Positions 28,634 to 37,841 of a stretch of DNA of 64,000 nucleotides are shown here, piece by piece. Below the pieces are notes generated by a model. The model ran no database searches, was not told where the DNA came from, and saw only the letters and a list, made by a program, of their open reading frames with translations. The DNA comes from an uncultured Planctomycetota bacterium (GTDB lineage: Bacteria > Planctomycetota > Planctomycetia > Isosphaerales > Isosphaeraceae), in assembly GCA_963737655.1 (NCBI GenBank), contig CAVTTN010000002.1, forward strand, positions 4,192,001 through 4,256,000, in the 5' to 3' direction. The position numbers and the translations under genes were made by a program. The stretch's first letter is position 1. The number at the start of each line of letters is the position of its first letter.

Positions 28634-29242
28634 CTAGAGGATTCCGGCCAGGTCCAGGACGAACCCGGGGAGGACGTCCTCTCCGGAAAGCGTGGCCGGA
28701 GACGAGGGGATCTCGACCTCCCGGCCCGGCCGATCGATCTCGACCTCGCCGGCATGGGGGTCGATCAGCCAGCCGAGCCGGACTCCCTGCGAGAGATATT
28801 CTTGCATCTTGCGGCGAAGCGTGGGCTTCGAGTCGCTCTCGGAGCGGAGTTCCGCCACGAAATCGGGGTAGACATGGGAGAACCGCTTGCGGTCCTCCTC
28901 CGGGATCGCCTCCCATCGGTCCAGGGAGAGCCAGCAGGCGTCGGGGCTGCGGATCGCCGTGTTCGGCAGGGTGAACCCGGCCGAGGAGTCGAAGGCCACG
29001 CCGAGTCCGGTCCGCTCATTCCAGAGCCAGAGCTGGCCGGAGAGGCTGATGTTGCGGCGTCCGGAATCCATCCCCGCGGGCGCCATGGCGATGAGTTCCC
29101 CTTCGGCGGTCCTCTCCAGCCTCATCTCCGGGTTCGCCCGGCAGAGCGCGTAGAAGGCCCGTTCCGACACCTTCAACCCGGGGCGGGTCGGCAGTCGGAG
29201 GAGGACTTCCTCTCGGGTCGCTCTCGGCCGGGCCGACGCCAT
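28634..29242 (-). CDS. Uma2 family endonuclease-like protein
   Basis: ERTAEGELIAMAP, FDSSAGFTLPN, RSPDACW, PDFVAELRS, GVRLGWLIDP, LPGFVLDL. Confidence 0.92.
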   Translation of the reverse strand: MASARPRATREEVLLRLPTRPGLKVSERAFYALCRANPEMRLERTAEGELIAMAPAGMDSGRRNISLSGQLWLWNERTGLGVAFDSSAGFTLPNTAIRSPDACWLSLDRWEAIPEEDRKRFSHVYPDFVAELRSESDSKPTLRRKMQEYLSQGVRLGWLIDPHAGEVEIDRPGREVEIPSSPATLSGEDVLPGFVLDLAGIL

Positions 29243-29243
29243 G

Positions 29244-30317
29244 TCAGATCGTCACCTCGCTGGTCCACTGGGGGCGCCAGTCCTGGCCGAGCCCCCGGGC
29301 GATGACCTTGTCGAGATAGATGATCTCGTGCCGGGACTTCTGCAGGAGGCGGGTGACGCACCAGCTATCGACGGCCGTGCAGTCGGTGCCGACGACGATG
29401 GCGTCGGCCTTCTTCACGTCGTTCAGGCTGCCCCCGGTCGGGCCGTTCCTCATCAGGAGCTTCCGGCCGTCGGCCACGACGAAGGTGGGCTTCATCATCA
29501 GGGCGAAGTCGGAGATGATCCCGTGAATATCCTGGTGGAACTGGTTCCTCGGGTTGCCCAGCAGCCCGTACCAGTTCTTCATGGTGACCGTGGCCTTGCA
29601 GAGGTTGTGGTCCTTCACCGGGGAGACGCCGATGACCTTCGTGGCCTCGCGGAACGGCCGGTAGAACATCTTCCACGTGTTCTTGATCGTCTCTCCGCCG
29701 ACGTAGAGGTCCTCGAAGTACGAGTGCTGGGGCATCATGACCTCGGCCCCGGCCCGTTGCGCGGCCTCGCCGACCTTGGTCTTGAAGAAGCAGCTCTCGG
29801 GGTTGTTGATCGGGTTGTCGGCGACGATCACCTTCCTCGCGCCGTTCTTCAGGCAGAGCTTGACGACGGCGGCCACGGTGTCGGGCTGGCTGGTGGCGGC
29901 GAGGTCGGGGTTCTTGTCGAACGCCACGTTGGGCTTGACGACGACCACGTCCCCCTTCTTGATGAACCGGGAGATCCCGCCCATCTCCTCCAGGGCCGCG
30001 CGGACCATCTGGAACGCCTGCTCCTCGCGGGCGGCCAGGTCGTCCACGGGCGAGGACCTCACGACGACCAGGCTCGGCTTGCTCGGCATCGCCTCGACGG
30101 CGTAGTTCTTCAGGCGGACGGGCTCGGGGGGCTGGACGCCCTTCATCCCCCAGTTGTCGTGGATCAACACGCCCGCCCCGGCGGCCCCGCCGACGACCGC
30201 GGCCGTCCCGCCGACCTGCGTGAGGAATTGCCGGCGCGAGAACGGCTGCTCCGCCGGGTTCACCCCGCCGAGCCGCTCCAAATTCCGCTGCTGCGTCTTG
30301 GTCAGCTTCTCGCTCAT
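29244..30317 (-). CDS. DUF362 domain protein with a twin-arginine-like signal
   Basis: SRRQFL + hydrophobic stretch; GGISRFIKKGDVVVVKPN, KDHNL...TMKNWYG, FHQ, NGPTGG. Confidence 0.88.
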   Translation of the reverse strand: MSEKLTKTQQRNLERLGGVNPAEQPFSRRQFLTQVGGTAAVVGGAAGAGVLIHDNWGMKGVQPPEPVRLKNYAVEAMPSKPSLVVVRSSPVDDLAAREEQAFQMVRAALEEMGGISRFIKKGDVVVVKPNVAFDKNPDLAATSQPDTVAAVVKLCLKNGARKVIVADNPINNPESCFFKTKVGEAAQRAGAEVMMPQHSYFEDLYVGGETIKNTWKMFYRPFREATKVIGVSPVKDHNLCKATVTMKNWYGLLGNPRNQFHQDIHGIISDFALMMKPTFVVADGRKLLMRNGPTGGSLNDVKKADAIVVGTDCTAVDSWCVTRLLQKSRHEIIYLDKVIARGLGQDWRPQWTSEVTI

Positions 30318-30382
30318 GGGTCATGTCCCGGGGAAAAAGAGGAGGGACCGCGAGGCGCCTGGCAGGAGCGGGAGGAAAGGGA

Positions 30383-32049
30383 TTACTTCCCTTCCTTCCC
30401 CTCCTCTTCCTTGGCGCCCTCGGGGCCGCGGATCACCGGCACGTTGGTCGGCAGGGCCTTGGCGAATTCGCGGGCGAACGCCTCGGCCAGCTTGGCGTCG
30501 GTCGCCCCGTTGGCGCCGGCCACGGCGTTCCCCTTGAGGAAGACAGCGTCAGCCAGCCCCACGTTGTTCGAAACAATCATCTTGTCGGCCGCAGAATCGG
30601 CGATCACCGTGATCGTCGCCCCGTCGGCCTTGGCCGTCTCGACGTACTTCTCGAACATCTCCCGGGCCTTCTCGGGCGTCTCATACGGCCGGAGGAAGCC
30701 CTGGAAGTTGACGTCATCCCGGGAATAATCGGCCATGAAGACGTCGTTCAAGAAGCTGAATCCGAAGACGTCCTGCGCCACGAACTTCGTCGCCGACTGC
30801 TTCGGCTCCTTCGGCAGCAACTTGAACACGTCGTTGGGCTCGGGCCCGAGGCCGCCGGGCCGGCCTTCTGGCCGCTCGCCACCCGCCTGGCCAGGTCCAG
30901 GGCGAAGGCCGACAGCTTCGGGTCGTCCTGGGCCAGGTTCACCACCGTGTAATACGGCCCGAGGTGGAAGAAGACGCTCCCGCTCGCCGTGTACGCGCCG
31001 TCGCCCAGCTCCGTCGGCTTCGCGTCGTCGGGCTTCTCCGAGTCGAACTTGGCGCCGGCCCGCAGGGCGTCGCCCATCTCGAACACGAAGAGCTGGACCT
31101 CCGCGTCCTCGTCCTTGCCCGGGTGGTACGAGCAGCACGCCATCCCCTTCACGCCGTTCTGGATGAAGCTCTCGGCCCGGCCGTCCATCTTCTCGTAGAG
31201 GTTCTCGGCGTTGAACGTCTCGACATATTTCGGCGGGCTCACGCCCGGGAGCTTCGAGAGGTTCCAGCCGGCGGGCAGGTCGGAGAGCGGCAGCATCTCG
31301 GCCAGCGCTTTCTGGGGGGCCGGCACCGCCGCGACGATCGCCTCGATCGCCGGCTTCGCCAGGCCGCTGGCGGGCGGAGGCGCCGGAGGGGCGACCTCGC
31401 GAGCCGCGACCGGAGCCGCCGGAGCGCCGGATGAGGCCGGAGCGCCGGCACCCATCTCGGCCGGCTTCGCCTGGACGATGATCTGCTGCTGGGGGGCGTC
31501 CAGGCCGATCGACTTGCGGACCTTCCCCATCCGCTCCAGGACCTCGTTCATCTCGGGGACGACCGCCGGGTTGGCGATCGCCGCCTCGCGGAGGGCCAGC
31601 ATCGCCGTGTCCAGGCTCTTGACCGAGTTCACCAGGTCGCGGCGGACCTCCGCCAGCCGTTTTTCCTCGGCGCGAACCGCCTCGTCCAGCATCTCGGCCG
31701 ACTTCAAACGATCGAGGACCTCGTACCGCCGCCCCTCGTCCACCGGGGTGATCGTCCGGTTCGGGTCGAACTCGTACCGCTTCTGGTCGTAGTGCTCGCC
31801 CTTGAGCATCACCGCCAGGAGGATGGCCGGGATGCCCATGACCATCATCATCGAGCAGACGACCGACCACCACGACGGCCTCTGCAACGTCCGCCCTCGC
31901 CGGGCGTTGAACCACTTCATCCCGCCCATCAAGGCGAACGCCAGCGGGGTGGAGGCCAGCGCGATCCCGGCCGCCAGCAACGCCACGGCCGAGGTCGGGC
32001 TCTCGCGGAACAGGTCGCCGAGCTGGAGGAAGAAGTCGTTCGGTCTCAT
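30383..32049 (-). CDS. Membrane-anchored DUF6599-like protein; frameshift near 30855
   Basis: Two N-terminal TMs, coiled coil, LYEKMDGRAESF...FEMGD..AGAKF; C-terminal part (VFGFSFL...) in a second frame ending at 30383. Confidence 0.75.
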
Positions 32050-32096
32050 CCGGCGACGTCCCCGGGGGTTGAACAACGGTTGGACGCAACCGCCCG

Positions 32097-32126
32097 ATTA
32101 TAGCCGACCCGCCCGCGAGCCGGCAA
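32097..32126 (-). promoter_or_regulatory. Putative sigma70 promoter of the DUF6599/DUF362 operon
   Basis: TTGCCG-18 nt-TATAAT about 50 nt upstream of the ATG. Confidence 0.55.
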
Positions 32127-32265
32127 TCGGCGATCCCCCGAGGACCGAACGAATTGGCCCCCGACGAGGTTCCTCCATCGGCCTCCGAAATAGCGGCCGT
32201 GGTCGAGGTCCGCCCTCGGCCTTCTTCGCCGCGGCCTGGAAACGCGGAAGTGGCCACCTATTTGC

Positions 32266-32831
32266 GTGGCATGCTTACATCTTCGTAAGCATGTCTTCGG
32301 TTCGAGTACACCGAATTGGCAAGAATGTTTGCTTCATGATCCCAGGTTTGTGGTTACTCGACGACTCGTTCCCACGCTCGGCGTGGGTACGTGTTTCGCG
32401 GGTGAGAAGGCGGTCTTTGCAGGGTCCGCTCTTGCGGACCTCTTCGATTTCCCTTCGTCGCCAGGAGGTCCGCAAGAGCGGACCCTGCAAAAACCGCGGG
32501 CTCTTGAGTCCGGATTGGTGGTGACGTCGGATCTCCCTCGTTCCCACGCTCGGCGTGGGAATGCCGTCTTGCACGCTCCGCGTGCCTGCGGACGCCGACG
32601 AACGAAGAGGACGCGGAGCGTCGAAGACGGCATTCCCACGCCGAGCGTGGGAACGAGTCGTTACGCAAACACCCATCCGGAATCATGAGCCAAACCGCGA
32701 TTCGAGGTGCTAAACACGTGCCCGCGCGGGAACGAGGGAGATCCGACGTCACCACCAATCCGGACTCATGAGCCGCATGTTTTTAGATAACAGCGCCCGA
32801 AGACATGCTTACGAAGACGTAAGCATGCCAC
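32266..32831. repeat. Nested composite of inverted repeats (REP/MITE-like)
   Basis: Outer 35-bp IR (32266-32300/32797-32831), 27-bp IR (32416-32442/32465-32491), 41-bp IR (32505-32545/32728-32768), CTCGTTCCCACGCTCGGCGTGGG units. Confidence 0.85.
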
Positions 32832-33542
32832 CCGACGGGACCGCGTCCCATCGCCCGAGGTGAGGCGAGGCGAGGCGAGGCGAGGCCTCGGCCCGCCGTC
32901 CCCGAGGATCGCGCAGCGGATCGGCAGTCCGAGGTCTGCCCTACGGAAAATCCCCGACCGGGTTCCCGGGCATCCGCGGACGGCCTCTCGCCAACCAAGG
33001 GCCGGTCTCGGAGCTTCGGCCCCTCGGTCGCCCGCTTCTCATGCGAATCGACGGACTTGCGCCCAGGAGATTGACGAAGTCCACGAAAATTGAGGAAATT
33101 GGGCCGTTCGCGAAGACCTTGCGGTTGCAAGAGCACGTTCCCTTTTCCGAAAATCTGAAAACTCCTTAATTCAATAAGACATGACTACCGCCTAAGATCC
33201 GGGAAGTTGACAACACTTGGCACCGCAAAGTGGGCGTTCGCCCTTCAAAACAAGCCGAATGCTCGCGCAGTCCCCGGTGACAATCCACGAATTCCAATTC
33301 TTGAAAACGTGGATAATTCGCCCGAAACCGCGAACTGGCCAGGGGTTACCACGCGAGGCCCCGCGGAGCCTTCGACGCGAAGTCGGCGTCTCGGGGCGTT
33401 TTCGCCGACTCGACGAGTGACAGCCCCCTGTCGCGGGCGATCCGCCGCACGCCGATCGGCGATTCCGAATCGGTGATCGAAGGCCGCCCCGGTCGCGATG
33501 ATTCCATCGGAACGGTTCGGCTCCATCCCCCTCCGGGACCGA

Positions 33543-34448
33543 TCAGGTGAACAGCGACTCCACGAACGCATCGACGTCGAACGGCTGCAAGTCCTCGATC
33601 CCCTCGCCCACGCCGAGGAACTTCACGGGCAGGTCGATCTGCTGGCGGACCGCCACGACCACGCCCCCCTTGGCCGTCCCGTCGAGCTTGGTCAGGATCA
33701 CGCCCGTACAGCCGATCGACTTGGTGAAGACCTCGGCCTGGCGGATCGCGTTCTGGCCGTTGGTGGCGTCGAGGACCAGAAGCACCTCGTGCGGGGCACC
33801 GGGAATCTTGCGCTGGAGGACGTTTCGGACCTTTTCGAGCTCCCTCATCAGGTGGGTCTGGGTGTGGAGCCGGCCGGCCGTATCCACAAGCAGGATATCG
33901 ACTTGCCTCGCCAGGGCCCGGTCGCAGGCGTCGTGCGCGACGCTCGCCGGGTCGGCGTTCGGGGCTCCCCGGACGATGTCGGTCCCGGCCCGACCGGCCC
34001 AGATCCCCAGCTGGTCGGCCGCGGCGGCGCGGAAGGTGTCGCAGGCGGCCAGGAGGACGGTCTTCCCCTCGTCCTTGAGCCTCTGGGCGAGCTTGGCAAT
34101 CGAGGTCGTCTTGCCCGACCCGTTCACGCCCGCGATCAGGTAAACCGAGGGCTTGGTGGGACTTACGGCGAGCGTCCCCGGCCTCGGATCGGCCAGCAAC
34201 GCCCGGAACTCGGCCTTCACGAATTCGAGGAGGTCATCGCCGGCCGTCTGGTCGGCGAACGCCTCGCGGACCCGGGCGATCACGCGGTCGGTGGCCTTCA
34301 CGCCGACGTCGGCCTGGATCAGGCTCGATTCGAGCTTGTCCAGGAACTCCTGATCGACCTTCTTGCCGAACCAGGAGCGGACGTCGAACAGCCGGGCCGT
34401 CCGGGCCAGGCCCTTCTTGAAGCGGGAGAGGATGTCCTTGAAGGCCAT
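33543..34448 (-). CDS. ftsY: SRP receptor FtsY
   Basis: GVNGSGKTT, DTFRAAA, DTAGRL, DATNGQN, TKLDGTAKGG. Confidence 0.96.
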   Translation of the reverse strand: MAFKDILSRFKKGLARTARLFDVRSWFGKKVDQEFLDKLESSLIQADVGVKATDRVIARVREAFADQTAGDDLLEFVKAEFRALLADPRPGTLAVSPTKPSVYLIAGVNGSGKTTSIAKLAQRLKDEGKTVLLAACDTFRAAAADQLGIWAGRAGTDIVRGAPNADPASVAHDACDRALARQVDILLVDTAGRLHTQTHLMRELEKVRNVLQRKIPGAPHEVLLVLDATNGQNAIRQAEVFTKSIGCTGVILTKLDGTAKGGVVVAVRQQIDLPVKFLGVGEGIEDLQPFDVDAFVESLFT

Positions 34449-34481
34449 GAACCCATACCGAAAGGGAAACCAGGATTCGAG

Positions 34482-35306
34482 TTATGGCTGAGCCGCCCGA
34501 CGGAGGCGTTCGAGGTCCTCGCGAGGCGTGAGGGTCGAGCCGAGCCATCGGCCGGGCCGATCGGGGGCGTGGAAATCGCTCCCGGCGACCGGCACCAGGC
34601 CGAATCGGTCGGCCCAACCCATCAGCCGGGGCCTCCGCGACTTCGCCACGCCGGGGCCGGCGACCTCGATCGCACCCAGACCGTCGGAAACCATCTCGCC
34701 GAGCGGCCTTTCGCCGAGATCATAGGGCGGATGCGCCAGGGCGGCAACCCCGCCCGCCTCGCGGACGATCGCCAGGGCCTCGGCCATCGGCAAGAGGGGC
34801 TTGGGCACCTGGGCCGGCCCCCCGTCGCCGAGGTAGAGGGTGAACGCGGCTCGATCATCCCGGACCTGGCCGGTCCGGGCCAGCCACCGGGCCAGGTGCT
34901 TCCGCCCGATCGTGGCCCGGGGAAACACTTTGCGGATCGCTGCCAGATCCACCTCCAGCCCGAGCGACGCCAACCGCTCCGCCATCGCCTCGATCCGGGC
35001 CTCGCGACGGCCTCGCAAGTCCAGGCACGCGGCGACCAGCGTCGCATCGTCTTCCCGGAAAAAATAGGCCAGAACATGGTATTCCCGGCCATTTCGCTCG
35101 GTCGAGAGTTCGACGCCCGGGACCAGCTCGACGCCCAGGCGATGGGCCTCATCCCGGGCGGTCGGGATGGCCGAGAGGGTGTCGTGATCGGTGATCGCCA
35201 GGGCGTCCAGGCCGAGGGCCGAGGCGGCGCGGACGACCTCTCCCGGCGAGCACGAGCCGTCGGAGTGGGTCGTGTGGACGTGGAGATCGGCCCCGCCGAG
35301 CGTCAC
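34482..35306 (-). CDS. PHP domain phosphoesterase (TrpH/YciV-like)
   Basis: DLHVHTTHSDG, AITDHDT, GVELS, AHP, GSDFH. Confidence 0.9.
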   Translation of the reverse strand: MTLGGADLHVHTTHSDGSCSPGEVVRAASALGLDALAITDHDTLSAIPTARDEAHRLGVELVPGVELSTERNGREYHVLAYFFREDDATLVAACLDLRGRREARIEAMAERLASLGLEVDLAAIRKVFPRATIGRKHLARWLARTGQVRDDRAAFTLYLGDGGPAQVPKPLLPMAEALAIVREAGGVAALAHPPYDLGERPLGEMVSDGLGAIEVAGPGVAKSRRPRLMGWADRFGLVPVAGSDFHAPDRPGRWLGSTLTPREDLERLRRAAQP

Positions 35307-35310
35307 CGGG

Positions 35311-36069
35311 TCATTCCGAAGGGGGAGGGGCGGCGGCCTCGGTCTCGGGGGTGGCCGGTTCGGCGGGGGCGGGCGGGGCGGAGTCGTTGGAATGGAGCCG
35401 GTCGAGGATGCCGTTGACGAACCGGCTCGACTGCGCCGTGCTGTATCTCTTGGCCAGTTCGAGGGCTTCGTTGATGGCGACCTTCACCGGGACGTCCGGG
35501 TCGTACAGCATCTCGAAGGCCCCGAGCCGCAAGATGTTGCGGTCGATGGCGGCCATCCGGTCAATCCGCCAGTTCTCGGCCACGCCGGAGATCAGGGTGT
35601 CCAGCCCGGGCTGATGGGCTTTCACCCCGGCGACCAGGGCGCGGGCGAACTCCTGGAGCCGTTCGTCCCGGAGCCGCCGGACGATGAACCGCTCGATCTC
35701 CTCGGCGTCGGCCCCGGAGTTTTGTTCCATCTGGTAAAGGACTTGCAGCGCAATTTCGCGGGCCCGGGTCCGGCGGGTGGCGGGGCCTCGATGGCTCTCC
35801 GACCGCTTCGGTTCCGCCGGGGGCTCGGGCTTCGGCAGGGGGGGAGGGGCGACGGCCACCGGAGGAGGGGCCGGCTCGGCCTTCGCCCATCCTCGGTCGA
35901 GGAGGAACATCAGGTCCTTCTCGCGAACCTCGTCGCCCGGCGAAAGCGCGAGGATCCCGGTGAGGAATCGCTCCCCCTCGGAGGACAGGCCGAACTCGAC
36001 CGACTCGCCGGGTCGGTCGTCCTGGACGATGAGCCCCCCGGCGGGGGTCTTTTTCCTGAGGACCGGCAT
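35311..36069 (-). CDS. nusB: Transcription antitermination factor NusB with an N-terminal extension
   Basis: RTRAREIALQVLYQ, NWRIDRMAAIDRNILRL, VAINEALELAKRYS...FVNGILD. Confidence 0.92.
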   Translation of the reverse strand: MPVLRKKTPAGGLIVQDDRPGESVEFGLSSEGERFLTGILALSPGDEVREKDLMFLLDRGWAKAEPAPPPVAVAPPPLPKPEPPAEPKRSESHRGPATRRTRAREIALQVLYQMEQNSGADAEEIERFIVRRLRDERLQEFARALVAGVKAHQPGLDTLISGVAENWRIDRMAAIDRNILRLGAFEMLYDPDVPVKVAINEALELAKRYSTAQSSRFVNGILDRLHSNDSAPPAPAEPATPETEAAAPPPSE

Positions 36070-36300
36070 GCCGACGTTCTCCCCTCCATGCCGAATCCCG
36101 GCGGTGCACCTCTCGGAGGATCATACGCCGGGGCGGCCCGGATCGGAAAGTCCCCCGGGCCCGGGAATCGTCGATCCCAGTCCCCCGGAGCCCCCTCTCG
36201 CCGCCGCCCTTGTCTCCATAGAATAGACTATCGGAGGAGGGACGGGGACCGATCGCCCGGGACCCGCCGAGTCGTCGGATTCCCGAGCGAGGGGGTGGCC

Positions 36301-37794
36301 GTGACCGATCGTCGCCGGCTCTGGACTCTCGGACCGTTCCTGGCGGCCCTCCTCGGGACGGGCCAGGCCCTGGCCGATCCCGTCCCACCCCCGAGCCACG
36401 CTGAAATCGCCCAGCTTACCGAGGCCTCGCGGGGGATCGGTCGCAAGGTCGTCCTGGTCGGCCATCCCCAACGTGGTCAAGGGACAGCCTTTGTGATTTC
36501 CCGATCGCATCGACTCCTGGCCACGGCCGCCCACGTGGCCGACCTGTACAAGGGACCCGGGACGATCTGGGCGGTCCCTCAAGGGACGGGCTCGGCGATC
36601 CCGGTCGTCCGGGTCTGGTATCACCCAAGCCTCCATCGCATCATGGATGACGGCCTGACCGTCCGCTCCCCGGACCCGGCCGATGGCCCGGTGGCCGTCC
36701 CGGGTCCGGATGTGGCCGTCCTCCAGCTCGCCAACGACGGCACGCCGTTGCCCGAGGAATGCGAACTAGCCTCGCCCGAGGAGCTCCGCAAGCTCGACGG
36801 CCTTTCCCTGGCCCTCCTGGGCTACCCAGGTTACGGCGATTGGCCCACGCTCCAGGTCCCAGGCCGCCTGACGCTCAAGACGGGGAAAGTCCAGGTCGTG
36901 GACGGGTTTACGCCCGAGGAAGGGGCCCATCCCGAGCGTCGGCAGATGATCGAGCATTCCGCCGCGGCCCCGGAGGGCAGCAGCGGCTCGCCGGTGTTCC
37001 TTCCCAACGGCCATATCGTGGCCATCCACAACATCTTGCGGCTGTCGGGGCCCGAGGGCGGCACGGAGTCGGGCATGAGCGTTCGGCTGGATTGCCTCTG
37101 GGAACTCCTGGCCTATCACAAGCTCGATCGGCTCGTGCCGATCCCCCAGGATTGGCTGGTCCTGGTCCCGACCGGCCCGCAGGTCGACCCCAAGCGGGCC
37201 GATTACCGCCGGGCGAAGGAGCTAGTCCGCGAGGCGGAGGCCCTTTCGGCCGTCCGGGACTACCGGGGGGCCGGCGCCAAGTGCAATCAGGCCCTGGCTT
37301 TAGCGCCCGACTACCCCGCCGCCTTCCTCGCCCGAAGCCGGGTCTTCACCGGCTATTGCGGCACCTTCTGGGCCTCCCTGCCGATCGACGAGAAGCGAAA
37401 ACAGGCAGACTGGGCGATCCAGGACGCCAAGACCGGCTTTCTCCTGGCCCCGGATCGGCCCGATGGGCTGTGCCTGATGCTCCAGAACGCGCTGTTCCTC
37501 GGCCACCTCGACGGCGACCGCTCGGCCTTCGAGGAGACGCTCGCCGGGGCCGATTCGCTGCTGTCTCGGCCGTTTCTGGAGAAGCATGACCGGAGCTTCC
37601 TCACGAATTGCCGGGCGCAGGCCCGCCATTACCTGGGGGACTGGTCGGGCGCCCTCAAGGATTATAATGAATCGATCCGTCTGGCCCCCTCCGAGCCGAT
37701 CTGGTACCTGAACCGGGCGCAGTACTGGGACCAGGTCGGCCGCCCCGACCTCGCCGCCGCCGACCGCCGGATGGCCCAGGGATTGCGCAGGTAG
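36301..37794 (+). CDS. Trypsin-like serine protease with C-terminal TPRs
   Basis: Signal peptide; TAAHV, PDVAVL, GSSGSPV catalytic triad motifs; TPR helices. Confidence 0.85.
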   Translation: MTDRRRLWTLGPFLAALLGTGQALADPVPPPSHAEIAQLTEASRGIGRKVVLVGHPQRGQGTAFVISRSHRLLATAAHVADLYKGPGTIWAVPQGTGSAIPVVRVWYHPSLHRIMDDGLTVRSPDPADGPVAVPGPDVAVLQLANDGTPLPEECELASPEELRKLDGLSLALLGYPGYGDWPTLQVPGRLTLKTGKVQVVDGFTPEEGAHPERRQMIEHSAAAPEGSSGSPVFLPNGHIVAIHNILRLSGPEGGTESGMSVRLDCLWELLAYHKLDRLVPIPQDWLVLVPTGPQVDPKRADYRRAKELVREAEALSAVRDYRGAGAKCNQALALAPDYPAAFLARSRVFTGYCGTFWASLPIDEKRKQADWAIQDAKTGFLLAPDRPDGLCLMLQNALFLGHLDGDRSAFEETLAGADSLLSRPFLEKHDRSFLTNCRAQARHYLGDWSGALKDYNESIRLAPSEPIWYLNRAQYWDQVGRPDLAAADRRMAQGLRR

Positions 37795-37841
37795 GCGCCG
37801 TCCCGATCGTTCACCTCGCCTCCGCATCCCTGACCCTGACA

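Noticed and set aside
25556..29242. Uma2 cluster as a restriction-modification/defence island
   Set aside because: No methyltransferase, helicase or other defence genes; the neighbours are metabolic
32266..32758. Short ORFs in the repeat stack as a transposase remnant
   Set aside because: No HUH, DDE or recombinase motifs; the translations mirror palindromes
33100..33540. SRP RNA (ffs) next to ftsY
   Set aside because: The conserved helix-8 CAGG-GNRA-AGCAG motif was not found by eye
35191..36300. N-terminal 370 aa of the 867-aa ORF
   Set aside because: Antisense to nusB/PHP; the real protease starts at about 36301 with a signal peptide
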